A DNA stretch of 32,000 nucleotides from Haloferax volcanii DS2 (lineage in GTDB: Archaea; Halobacteriota; Halobacteria; Halobacteriales; Haloferacaceae). The stretch lies in assembly GCF_000025685.1 (NCBI RefSeq), contig NC_013967.1, forward strand, positions 870,001-902,000. Direction: 5' to 3'. A program made the position numbers and the translations under genes. Within the stretch, counting starts at the first letter, position 1. Every line of letters starts with the position of its first letter. The notes under the pieces are model-generated. The model saw only the letters and a list, made by a program, of their open reading frames with translations. It was not told the DNA's origin and did no database searches. Shown piece after piece: positions 6,217-13,705 of the stretch.

Positions 6217-9165
6217 TCAGTCGTCCGAGGGCGAGTCGGGGCCGGTCCCCGACCCGTCGGTGACCGCCCGACTCATCGACTGCGACGGCGCGGCGGGACT
6301 CGTCTCGCCCGGTGCGGCGTCGCCACCGCGGTCGCTTCCGCCGGCGTCGCCGGCGTCGCCGACGTCGAACCGGCCGACGAGGTCCTTGAGCGACTGGGCG
6401 GACTCCGACACCTGTTGGATGTTCCGCGTGACCTCGTTTATCGCGGCCGTCTGTTCTTCGGTCGCCGCCGAGACCGTCGCCGTCTCCGAGGTGGTCTCCT
6501 CGCTCACGCTCGACACGTCGTCGACCATCGAGACGACCTCCTCGGTCGAGACGGCTTGGTTCTCGGTCGCCTGCGAAATCTCTTCGACGCCGTGTTCGGC
6601 CTCTCGAATCGCCCCCGAGATGTGGTCGAACATCTCGATGGCCTCGCCGATGGTCTCGGACCCGCTCTCGACGCTGTCCTGCATGGACTGCATGTCGTCG
6701 ACCGTGTCGTCGGCGCTCTCGCGCACCTCGCCGATTCGGGACTCCACCTCGTCCGTGGCCTCGCTCGCCTCCTTGGCGAGCGCCTTGATTTCGTTGGCGA
6801 CGACGGCGAAGCCCTCGCCGGCCTCGCCCGCACGGGCCGCCTCGATAGAGGCGTTGAGCGCGAGCAGGTCGGTCTGCTCCGCGATGTCGTTGATGAGCTG
6901 GACGATTTCGTTGATTTCGCCCACCTGCTCGCCGAGGGCTTCGACCCGCTCGACCGCCTCGTCGGCCTCGGTCTCGATGGTCGATATCTCGGCTGTCGCC
7001 TCCGCGGCGTGGTCGCGCCCCTCGTCGGCGAGCGACACGGCCTCGTTGGCGGACTGGACGACGCCGTCGGCGGAGGCGGCGACCTCCTCGATGGTCGCCG
7101 AGAGGTCGTTCATCTCGTCGGCGACCGTCTGGAGCCGCTCGGTCTGCTGTTCCGCGCCGTGGGCGATTTCCTCGACCGACCGCGCGGTCTCCTGGCTCGC
7201 GGACTCTATCTCCTTCGCGCTCGACACCGTCTCGTTGCTCACCGCAGCGAACTCGTCGGCGACCGACTGCACCTCGACGAAGCCGTTTTGGAGCTTCTGA
7301 ATCCCGGTGTCGAGGTCGGACATGATGGCTCCGAACTCGCCGGGGAGGTCGGTCCGGAGGTCCTGGTCGAGATTGCCGTCTCCGAGTTCCGTCCCGGCGG
7401 TCCGAAGCTCTGAGACCTGCCGTTGGAGGTTCTCCTGCATGTCGTCGAACGCCTCGACGAGTTCGCCGAGTTCGTCGTCGTTGGCGTCGATGTCCTCGCC
7501 GTCGTCGAACCGCCCGCGGGCGAGCGACTTGGCGCGGTCCCGGAGCGCCTCTATCGGCTCTGAGAAGTGCCGCGCGGCGACGTAGCCGACACCGACGACG
7601 ACCGCGATGATGCCGACGATTAACAGGAGCATGATGTTTCGAGCGGTGTCCGCCCGGTCGTTCATCGCCTGCCCGAGCTGTTCGACCGGGCCCGTCACGT
7701 CGGACTCGGGGACGGTGGCGACGAGTTCGTACTGCCCGTTACCGAAGTTGAGCGGCGCGTAACCGACGAAGTAGCGCGCCGCCTCGCCGTCGTCGCCGGT
7801 CGTCTCGTGGGTGGTCAGGCCGGTCTGGCCGACAAGCGCCGTCGCGTTCTCCGCGATTTCGGACTCGACGGAGCCGAGCGATTCCCGGGAGTCGGTCAAC
7901 AGCGTCCCGCGCTCGCTCACGATAGTCAGGTGGCCGGTCTCACCGACCTGGATGTCGTCGATGAGCGTGTTGAGGAGTTCGAAGTTGAACTGGAGCGTGA
8001 TGGTTCCGGCGAGTTCTCCCCCGCGGTACACCGGCGCGGTGACGTACACGGCGGCGTCGCCGTCGACGGTCGTCACCTCGCTCACCTGGATCTCGCCCTT
8101 CTGAAGCTCTGTCGCGGTCTCGAACCACGCCTCGTCCGCGAACGAGGTGTCGGACACCGACTCGGTGGCGATGCCGTCGCCCGTGCGCGTCGCTTGGACG
8201 ATGCCCTGCCCGTTCTCGTCGGCGAACAGAATCTCGTCGTAGGTGGGGTGTTCCTCGCCGTCGATGGTCACGGCGCGGGTTTCGAGGTAGCTCCGGAACG
8301 AGTCGTTAATCTGGTCGCGCGCGTCGGTGACGGCGGCCGTCTGGAGTTCGTAGTAGTAGACGCTCGGCGCGAGCACCCATTCGAAGTCCTCGTGGTAGGT
8401 GTACGCGACGAACTTCTCTTCGACGGGGTTGCCCTCTTGGGTGGTGTCTTCCCACTCGTACTCGACGATGCCCCAGTCCTCGCCGTTGCGGACGGCGGCG
8501 TTCGACTCGATTTCGGCGGGCACCTGATTGAACGCCGCTATCCCGGCGTCGTCGACCGTGTTAACCCCGTCTTCGAGGCCGTGGTGGACGACGAAATCGA
8601 GGTTCCCGTCGAGGATGAACGCGTAGCCGGTCGACCCGACGTAGCCCGGTCGGAACGCGTCGGAGAGCGTCCCGCTCTGTTGGACGCCGTCTCCGGCGGT
8701 TCCGGCGATTCGAGCCTCGACACGGTCTTTCACCTGCTGTTGTTGCGCCGGCGAGAGGTCCGCCCAGTCCTGCCCGCCGTACTGGTTCGCAAGGACGCTC
8801 TGTTTCGTGGTCTCGACGGTGGCGCGCATCTGGAGCGCCATGTAGCCCAACTGCGCTTGACTCTGTTCTTGGACGAGCTCCATCTCCCCGTCGCGGGCGG
8901 CCTCGTAGTTCTGCACCGGTGCCGAGTCAGCCAGCGCGAGCGCGTCGATTCGGCGGGCGTCGAGGAGGTTTTGTATCTCCTCTTGCCGGGCGGCGACGGT
9001 CTGATTCAGGTCGCCGGTAATCTGTGATTCGAGCGTCGCCTCGCTTTGGTCTTGGGCGTAGTTTCCAATGCTACTCATCCCTTGGACGCCTGCGACGCCG
9101 ACGACTGACACGGGTATCAGCGAGATGGCGAGACAGAGCGCGATGAGTTTCGTTCGTATCTTCAT
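6217..9165 (-). CDS. methyl-accepting chemotaxis protein (halobacterial transducer) with a large extracytoplasmic sensor domain
   Basis: 982 aa. N-terminal TM, ~480-aa ectodomain, second TM ([21 protein letters not shown]), HAMP-like linker, canonical MCP hairpin tip ([32 protein letters not shown]), acidic low-complexity tail. Confidence 0.93.
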   Translation of the reverse strand: MKIRTKLIALCLAISLIPVSVVGVAGVQGMSSIGNYAQDQSEATLESQITGDLNQTVAARQEEIQNLLDARRIDALALADSAPVQNYEAARDGEMELVQEQSQAQLGYMALQMRATVETTKQSVLANQYGGQDWADLSPAQQQQVKDRVEARIAGTAGDGVQQSGTLSDAFRPGYVGSTGYAFILDGNLDFVVHHGLEDGVNTVDDAGIAAFNQVPAEIESNAAVRNGEDWGIVEYEWEDTTQEGNPVEEKFVAYTYHEDFEWVLAPSVYYYELQTAAVTDARDQINDSFRSYLETRAVTIDGEEHPTYDEILFADENGQGIVQATRTGDGIATESVSDTSFADEAWFETATELQKGEIQVSEVTTVDGDAAVYVTAPVYRGGELAGTITLQFNFELLNTLIDDIQVGETGHLTIVSERGTLLTDSRESLGSVESEIAENATALVGQTGLTTHETTGDDGEAARYFVGYAPLNFGNGQYELVATVPESDVTGPVEQLGQAMNDRADTARNIMLLLIVGIIAVVVGVGYVAARHFSEPIEALRDRAKSLARGRFDDGEDIDANDDELGELVEAFDDMQENLQRQVSELRTAGTELGDGNLDQDLRTDLPGEFGAIMSDLDTGIQKLQNGFVEVQSVADEFAAVSNETVSSAKEIESASQETARSVEEIAHGAEQQTERLQTVADEMNDLSATIEEVAASADGVVQSANEAVSLADEGRDHAAEATAEISTIETEADEAVERVEALGEQVGEINEIVQLINDIAEQTDLLALNASIEAARAGEAGEGFAVVANEIKALAKEASEATDEVESRIGEVRESADDTVDDMQSMQDSVESGSETIGEAIEMFDHISGAIREAEHGVEEISQATENQAVSTEEVVSMVDDVSSVSEETTSETATVSAATEEQTAAINEVTRNIQQVSESAQSLKDLVGRFDVGDAGDAGGSDRGGDAAPGETSPAAPSQSMSRAVTDGSGTGPDSPSDD

Positions 9166-9265
9166 GGTTTGATTGATATCGTCGGCCCCCGGAATTCCTC
9201 AGTATGCGCTGTTTGACCGAGAAATCGCCCGGTTCACTCTGAATATAGCTCTACAAAAACAACCG

Positions 9266-9271
9266 TATAAA
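9266..9271. promoter_or_regulatory. consensus TATA hexamer (TATAAA on + / TTTATA on -) in the transducer-rbcL spacer
   Basis: Reads TTTATA on the minus strand ~100 nt upstream of the transducer ATG 9165, which would give a ~75-nt leader. It could equally drive a plus-strand transcript toward the rbcL 3' end. A second candidate is TATATT (minus strand) at 9243-9248. Confidence 0.25.
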
Positions 9272-9398
9272 TCTCACCCGCCGGTTATTATCACCGATAC
9301 TCGGACCCCGGATTCCCTCGTGATTCCCGCCAAATAGCGGGCCGAGCCTCGCACTCAGTATTGCAGTAATCACTCAACACGTTTCGAACCATTGTCAC

Positions 9399-9442
9399 AA
9401 AACAGCAACAATTGCGAACGCGAGGAGACCGCGCCGTTCCTC
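9399..9442 (-). terminator. weak hairpin (GAGGA/TCCTC) plus T4 run downstream of rbcL
   Basis: On the minus strand a 5-bp stem lies 6-26 nt after TAG (9448-9450), then TGTTTTGTG at 9397-9405. Confidence 0.3.
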
Positions 9443-9447
9443 TCCGC

Positions 9448-10692
9448 CTACCGCGGCGTCTCCGTCCCCCACTTATCGAGGGCGACGGCGAGCTCGGGCG
9501 TCTCTTCGGCGGCCTCGGTGATAGCGCGCCCCTCGACGTAGGCGTCGATGGCCGACCGGAGCGCGACCGCGCCCGCGCGGGTTCCGTCGGGATGACCGTG
9601 GATGCCGCCGCCGAGCTGGACACAGACGTTCGTCCCCGTGGCGTCGAGCAGGTCGGGGAGCAGACCGGGGTGGAGGCCGCCCGAGGCGACCGGGAGCACG
9701 TCGGTCGCGCCGTGGAGGTCGCCCGCGAGCCACTCGTTGATGCCGACGGTGTCCTCGTTGGCGAGTTTGCCGAGGCCGGCGGTGCCGGTGTGGAGCTGGT
9801 CGACGCCGCAGAGACGACTCACCTGCGCGAGCACCCGCATCGAGACGCCGTGGGCCGGAAGCCGGTCGAAGGCGGCGTGCATGGCGCGGTGGGCGTGGAT
9901 GGCGAGGCCGTGTTTCTCGGTGCGCTCGCGGACGGTCTGGAGGCCCGCCCAGCCCGCGGTGATGATGTCCACCATGACGTACTCGCCGCCCTGCGCGGCC
10001 ACCTCGTCGACCCGGTCGAGCATCGTCTGGGTGTCGGCGGTGACGTTGATGAGGTAGGACTTCTTCTCGCCCGTCTCGTCCTCGGCGTCGTCGCGGAGCG
10101 ACAGCGACTCCGTGAGGCGGTCGGAGAAGGGGTTGAACGCCTGGTCGGTCAGGTTCTCGTCGTCCTTCAGGAGGTCGACGCCGCCGACCCACGCGTCGTA
10201 GCCGACCTGTGCGTGTGCGGCCGTCGAGAGGCCGACTTTCGGCTTGGGCACCGTCGCCGTGATGGGGCGGTCGGTGACGCCGAATATCTCCTCGCGGACC
10301 GACGACCCGTACAGCGGGCCGGGGTACGCCGAGACGACCGACTCGGGCCACTCGCAGTCGAGGAGGCGAATCGTGTCGACCGCCTTCATCCCCATGATGT
10401 TGCCGGCGATGCACGACAGCACCTGCGGCATGTTACCGGGTTCGAACAGCCCGGCGGGGTAGGCGACCCGAATCAGGTCGCCGTCGATGTCGAACGTCGT
10501 CGCGCCCATGTCGGTGAAGTCCGCGCCGGTCTGGAGGGCCGCCCACGTCCCGTTGGAGGACTCCGAGGCCACGCGACTCGCCGCCGCCTCCGTCGACATC
10601 CCCGTCGCGGGGTCGATACGGAAGGTGCAGACGAGGTCCTCGTCGGTCGGTTCGTAGTCGAGGTCGAGGAAGTCTTCGTACGTGATACCCAT
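9448..10692 (-). CDS. rbcL: ribulose-bisphosphate carboxylase, type III (large subunit only)
   Basis: 414 aa. RuBisCO motifs (GGVDLLKDDENL with the carbamylated Lys, HAHRAMHAAF, LHTGTAGLGKL, QLGGGIHGHPDG). No small-subunit gene nearby. Archaeal type III length and N-terminus. Confidence 0.95.
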   Translation of the reverse strand: MGITYEDFLDLDYEPTDEDLVCTFRIDPATGMSTEAAASRVASESSNGTWAALQTGADFTDMGATTFDIDGDLIRVAYPAGLFEPGNMPQVLSCIAGNIMGMKAVDTIRLLDCEWPESVVSAYPGPLYGSSVREEIFGVTDRPITATVPKPKVGLSTAAHAQVGYDAWVGGVDLLKDDENLTDQAFNPFSDRLTESLSLRDDAEDETGEKKSYLINVTADTQTMLDRVDEVAAQGGEYVMVDIITAGWAGLQTVRERTEKHGLAIHAHRAMHAAFDRLPAHGVSMRVLAQVSRLCGVDQLHTGTAGLGKLANEDTVGINEWLAGDLHGATDVLPVASGGLHPGLLPDLLDATGTNVCVQLGGGIHGHPDGTRAGAVALRSAIDAYVEGRAITEAAEETPELAVALDKWGTETPR

Positions 10693-10717
10693 AGCCTCGC
10701 CTACGCCCCCGCGAAGC

Positions 10718-10723
10718 TTAAAA
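10718..10723 (-). promoter_or_regulatory. TATA box (TTTTAA on minus strand) of rbcL
   Basis: Centred 28-29 nt upstream of ATG 10692, implying a leaderless, independently transcribed rbcL. Confidence 0.45.
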
Positions 10724-10820
10724 CGGCATCCCGAAGCGCCTTTAGCCCCGCGACGCGAAAGGGAACGGCTCGGCGCGAAGCGATGTCATCACGGGAGCGT
10801 CACGCGTCCGGGCCTCCGAT

Positions 10821-12740
10821 TCAGGGCGACAGCAGCGCCCGGACCTCGCGGAACTCGGGTACGTTCGCGTCGAGGGCGGTACAGAGAGCGTCGGCCGCGC
10901 CCGACAACCACTCGGCGCGCTCGACGCGGGACTCCACGTCGCCCGGCCCGATTCGGTAGCGCTCGACGAGTTCCTCGATGTCCGAGCCCTCGGTCCACTC
11001 GTGGAGGATGCGGGCGGTCTTCACCGCCGTCAGCCACTCCTCGAAGGGGTCGGCGTCGTGCATCGCGGTGGTGAACTCCGCGGCGTGGCTCCGGGCGTAC
11101 TGGTACATCAGCGCCCGCTCGCGGTCGCCGAGGTAGGTGTCGTGCATATCCGGCGTGTCGCAGACGACTTCGAGGGCGGTCCGGGCGGTGACGTGCTCGT
11201 CGGCCATCTCCTCGATGGTGCGGATGCCCGAGACGATGCGCGCCCCGGTCGTCGGCGAGACGTACTGTCTGGAGGTCTGTGCGCCCAGCGCCGTCGCCGA
11301 CAGCGTCTCACCCGTCGCGTCGAGGAGTTCCATCGCTTCGAGGTCGGACACCACGTCGGCGACGAGGTCCGCGAGGTCCACGCTCGGGTGCTGGTGGGCG
11401 TAGTAGGTCGCCGAAAACACGTCGGCGACGCCGTCGAGACTGTCGGCGAAGCCGGAGGCGACGACCGACAGCACGTGCGTCCGGAGCGCCTCGGGGTCGG
11501 CGAACTGCGAGTCCACGGCCTCGGCGTCGGCGGTGACGTAGCGGTCGACCAGTTCGGCTTTCGTGTCCGCGTCGCCGACGAGCACCGCCTCGCCGAACGG
11601 GTCGAGGTGCGGGCGACCGGCGCGGCCGCACATCTGGTGCACGTCGAGGACGGGAATCCATTCCATCGCGTCGCCGGTGTAGCGCTTCTGGTCGCGGATG
11701 ACGACCCGGCGAGCGGGGACGTTCACCCCGGCGGCGAGCGTCGGCGTCGCGCAGATGACTGCGAGCCGGCGGTCCCGAAACGCGTTCTCGACGGCGACCC
11801 GGTGGGCGCTCCGCAGGCCGGCGTGGTGGAAGCCGACGCCGGTCCGGGCGCACTCCGAGAGCTGGCGGCCGGTCGCGGTGCCGCCGAGTTCGTCCAGTTC
11901 GTCACCGAGGGTGGGCGCGGGCGACAGCTCCTCGTCGGCGAGGCGGTCGGCCAGCGCCTCGGCCTCCCGACGCGACCGGACGAACGCGAGACACTGCCCG
12001 CCCGTCTCGACCGCGTCTTCGACGAGCGCGACGGTCGCCTCGGTCGCCTCGTCGTCGTTCGGGCCGGTCGGGGGAACGACCACGTCGAGGTCGGTTCCGT
12101 CGTCGAATTCGACGGCCTCGTCGGCGTAGACGCCGGTGCGGAGCGAGACGGGCCGCCACGCGCTCTCGACGAGTTCCGCGTCGAGCCAGTCGGCGATGGC
12201 TTCGGGATTGTCCACGGTCGCTGAGAGGGCGACGAGTTGGAGGTCCGGGACGCGACGCTGGAGGGTCGAAAGCGTCACTTCGAGCGTCGGCCCGCGCCCC
12301 GGCGCGCCGAGCAGGTGGACCTCGTCGACGACGACGCAGGCGAGGCGGTCGACCCACGGCGCGCCGTTTCGAATCGCGGAGTCGACTTTCTCGCTCGTGG
12401 CGACGACGATGTCGTGGTCGCCGAGTTCCTCTTCGGCGGCGTCGAAGTCGCCGGTGGAGATGCCGACGCTCACGCCGGGGAGTCGGTCGAACGTCTCGTA
12501 CTTCTCGCGGGCGAGTGCGCGAAGCGGGACGATGTACAGCGCCGGCCCGTCGGCGGTGAGCATGGCGAGTTCCGCGATGAACGTCTTGCCGCTGGCGGTC
12601 GGAATGGCGGCGACGACGCGGCCGCCCGCCGCGACGCCGGCCTCGACGGCGGCGGCCTGCGGCGGGTACAGCTCCTCGATACCGTTCGACTCGTAGTGGG
12701 AGACGAGGGCCGCCGACAGCGGGAGGTCACGCACGCGCAT
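10821..12740 (-). CDS. hel308b: Hel308/Ski2-family superfamily-2 DNA helicase, short paralogue (Hel308b-like)
   Basis: 639 aa. Motif I AIPTASGKT, motif II VVVDEVHLL, motif III LSATV, motif VI QMCGRAGRP, C-terminal HhH-like tail. The symbol comes from my recollection of the Haloferax short Hel308 paralogue and is not verified. Confidence 0.85.
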   Translation of the reverse strand: MRVRDLPLSAALVSHYESNGIEELYPPQAAAVEAGVAAGGRVVAAIPTASGKTFIAELAMLTADGPALYIVPLRALAREKYETFDRLPGVSVGISTGDFDAAEEELGDHDIVVATSEKVDSAIRNGAPWVDRLACVVVDEVHLLGAPGRGPTLEVTLSTLQRRVPDLQLVALSATVDNPEAIADWLDAELVESAWRPVSLRTGVYADEAVEFDDGTDLDVVVPPTGPNDDEATEATVALVEDAVETGGQCLAFVRSRREAEALADRLADEELSPAPTLGDELDELGGTATGRQLSECARTGVGFHHAGLRSAHRVAVENAFRDRRLAVICATPTLAAGVNVPARRVVIRDQKRYTGDAMEWIPVLDVHQMCGRAGRPHLDPFGEAVLVGDADTKAELVDRYVTADAEAVDSQFADPEALRTHVLSVVASGFADSLDGVADVFSATYYAHQHPSVDLADLVADVVSDLEAMELLDATGETLSATALGAQTSRQYVSPTTGARIVSGIRTIEEMADEHVTARTALEVVCDTPDMHDTYLGDRERALMYQYARSHAAEFTTAMHDADPFEEWLTAVKTARILHEWTEGSDIEELVERYRIGPGDVESRVERAEWLSGAADALCTALDANVPEFREVRALLSP

Positions 12741-12908
12741 CTGTCACAGAGGTGGCGGCGGACTCACATAAGTATCTTCGCCGGCGGGGAGGTCGTCGGC
12801 TGTCGTTCGGACTGGTGTTCGGGCGGAGCGACCCCGGTTAGAAGGCAGACTAACGGCGGTCGGTGGATGTGGTACGAGAGTTAGGACTCTCGATGGTTCG
12901 CGTCGGTG

Positions 12909-12942
12909 AAAAATCGGGATCTCGTCGGCCGCGAGGTGGCCG
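12909..12942 (-). terminator. hairpin (CGGCC-7nt-GGCCG) followed by T5 downstream of the pilin gene
   Basis: On the minus strand the stem is at 12942-12926, then TTTTT at 12913-12909. A further perfect 7-bp hairpin (CGAGAGT-tagg-ACTCTCG) lies at 12874-12891. Confidence 0.4.
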
Positions 12943-12968
12943 ATTATCGCGGAATCAGTCGCGGGGAG

Positions 12969-13490
12969 TTACGCGTTGGGACCGGACCACCGCTGGAGGG
13001 TCGCGGAACTCGAACCCGCTTCGTCGGTCCAGACGAGGCGGACGGTCGCGCCCGCGAGGTTAACGTCTTGAGCGGGGGTATCAGTACCTATGTCCAGACC
13101 AAATGAGGTGTCGTTGAGTTCGATTGTCTTACCCGCATTCATGGGGTCTGGGATATCTGGTTCGTCGTCCGCAAGAGACGCACTATCACCTGAACCGTTT
13201 TCTGCACCGGTAACCGATACTGAGAGTCGGTCGGCGGCGATCTGCGAACCGCTCTCGTGAGTTATCTTGAGTACGTCTCCCTGCACACCATCACCGCTGC
13301 TCGCACCCGCTGAGTTGTTCTCGTAGTCGAAACTGAAGCTCGCCTGCGGGGCGGTCGCTGTCTGTTCACCCAGTCCCAGCACGAACGTCCCGATGACGGC
13401 CGCGAGGATGACGGTAATCGCGACCATCAGAATCACACCGATGACCGGCGACACCGCGTCGTCGTCTTCGAATAGTTGTTTGAGTTTCAT
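12969..13490 (-). CDS. pilA1: type IV pilin-like protein with class III signal peptide (PilA-type adhesion pilin)
   Basis: N-terminus MKLKQLFEDDDA/VSPVIGVILMVAITVILAAVIGTFVLGLG is the archaeal prepilin motif plus conserved hydrophobic domain. Ser/Gly/Asp/Thr-rich secreted C-terminal part. The symbol comes from remembered Haloferax synteny (pilin next to hel308b) and is unverified. Confidence 0.8.
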   Translation of the reverse strand: MKLKQLFEDDDAVSPVIGVILMVAITVILAAVIGTFVLGLGEQTATAPQASFSFDYENNSAGASSGDGVQGDVLKITHESGSQIAADRLSVSVTGAENGSGDSASLADDEPDIPDPMNAGKTIELNDTSFGLDIGTDTPAQDVNLAGATVRLVWTDEAGSSSATLQRWSGPNA

Positions 13491-13605
13491 GTGTTGGTTC
13501 TCGTATACATACGCGGTTTATCCGCGGAAATCCCACCCGGAGTTCGGTATGTATGGATGCTACATGGGCACTCTCGAACATAAATCTAATCTAGTATTAG
13601 ACAAC

Positions 13606-13684
13606 AAAAATGACGTTCATTGCTAGCACACAGTTCAGATGGAAGTCACGAATCGGCTGGGAGATCGGTCCGCCACCCCGAAAA
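13606..13684 (-). terminator. T-runs downstream of the aminotransferase-ribH operon
   Basis: On the minus strand, TTTT (13684-13681) lies 22 nt after the stop and TTTTT lies at 13610-13606. Oligo-T is the usual archaeal termination signal. Confidence 0.3.
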
Positions 13685-13705
13685 GAGACGGTCGTCGCGG
13701 GCGGC

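Noticed and set aside
9448-10692. RuBisCO as evidence for autotrophic CO2 fixation (Calvin cycle)
   Set aside because: It is a large subunit only, of type III length and sequence, co-located with AMP phosphorylase and R15P isomerase, with no phosphoribulokinase in the window. The salvage role is the established interpretation.
9412-10959. 515-aa plus-strand ORF opposite rbcL, with similar plus-strand ORFs at 13610-14893 (opposite the aminotransferase) and 7807-9027 (opposite the transducer)
   Set aside because: They are antisense to strongly supported genes, with Val/Asp/Gly/Arg repetitive composition and no motifs.
12790-12968. Possible tRNA or other structured RNA in the helicase-pilin spacer (hairpin 12874-12891)
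   Set aside because: There is no T-loop (GTTCRAnYC) or cloverleaf arrangement. The hairpins plus the T5 run are adequately explained as the pilin terminator region.
10821-13490. Helicase plus adjacent small genes as a defence or mobile island
   Set aside because: No nuclease, methyltransferase, integrase, toxin-antitoxin or repeat boundary was seen. The helicase has housekeeping Hel308-type motifs and the neighbour is an ordinary pilin.
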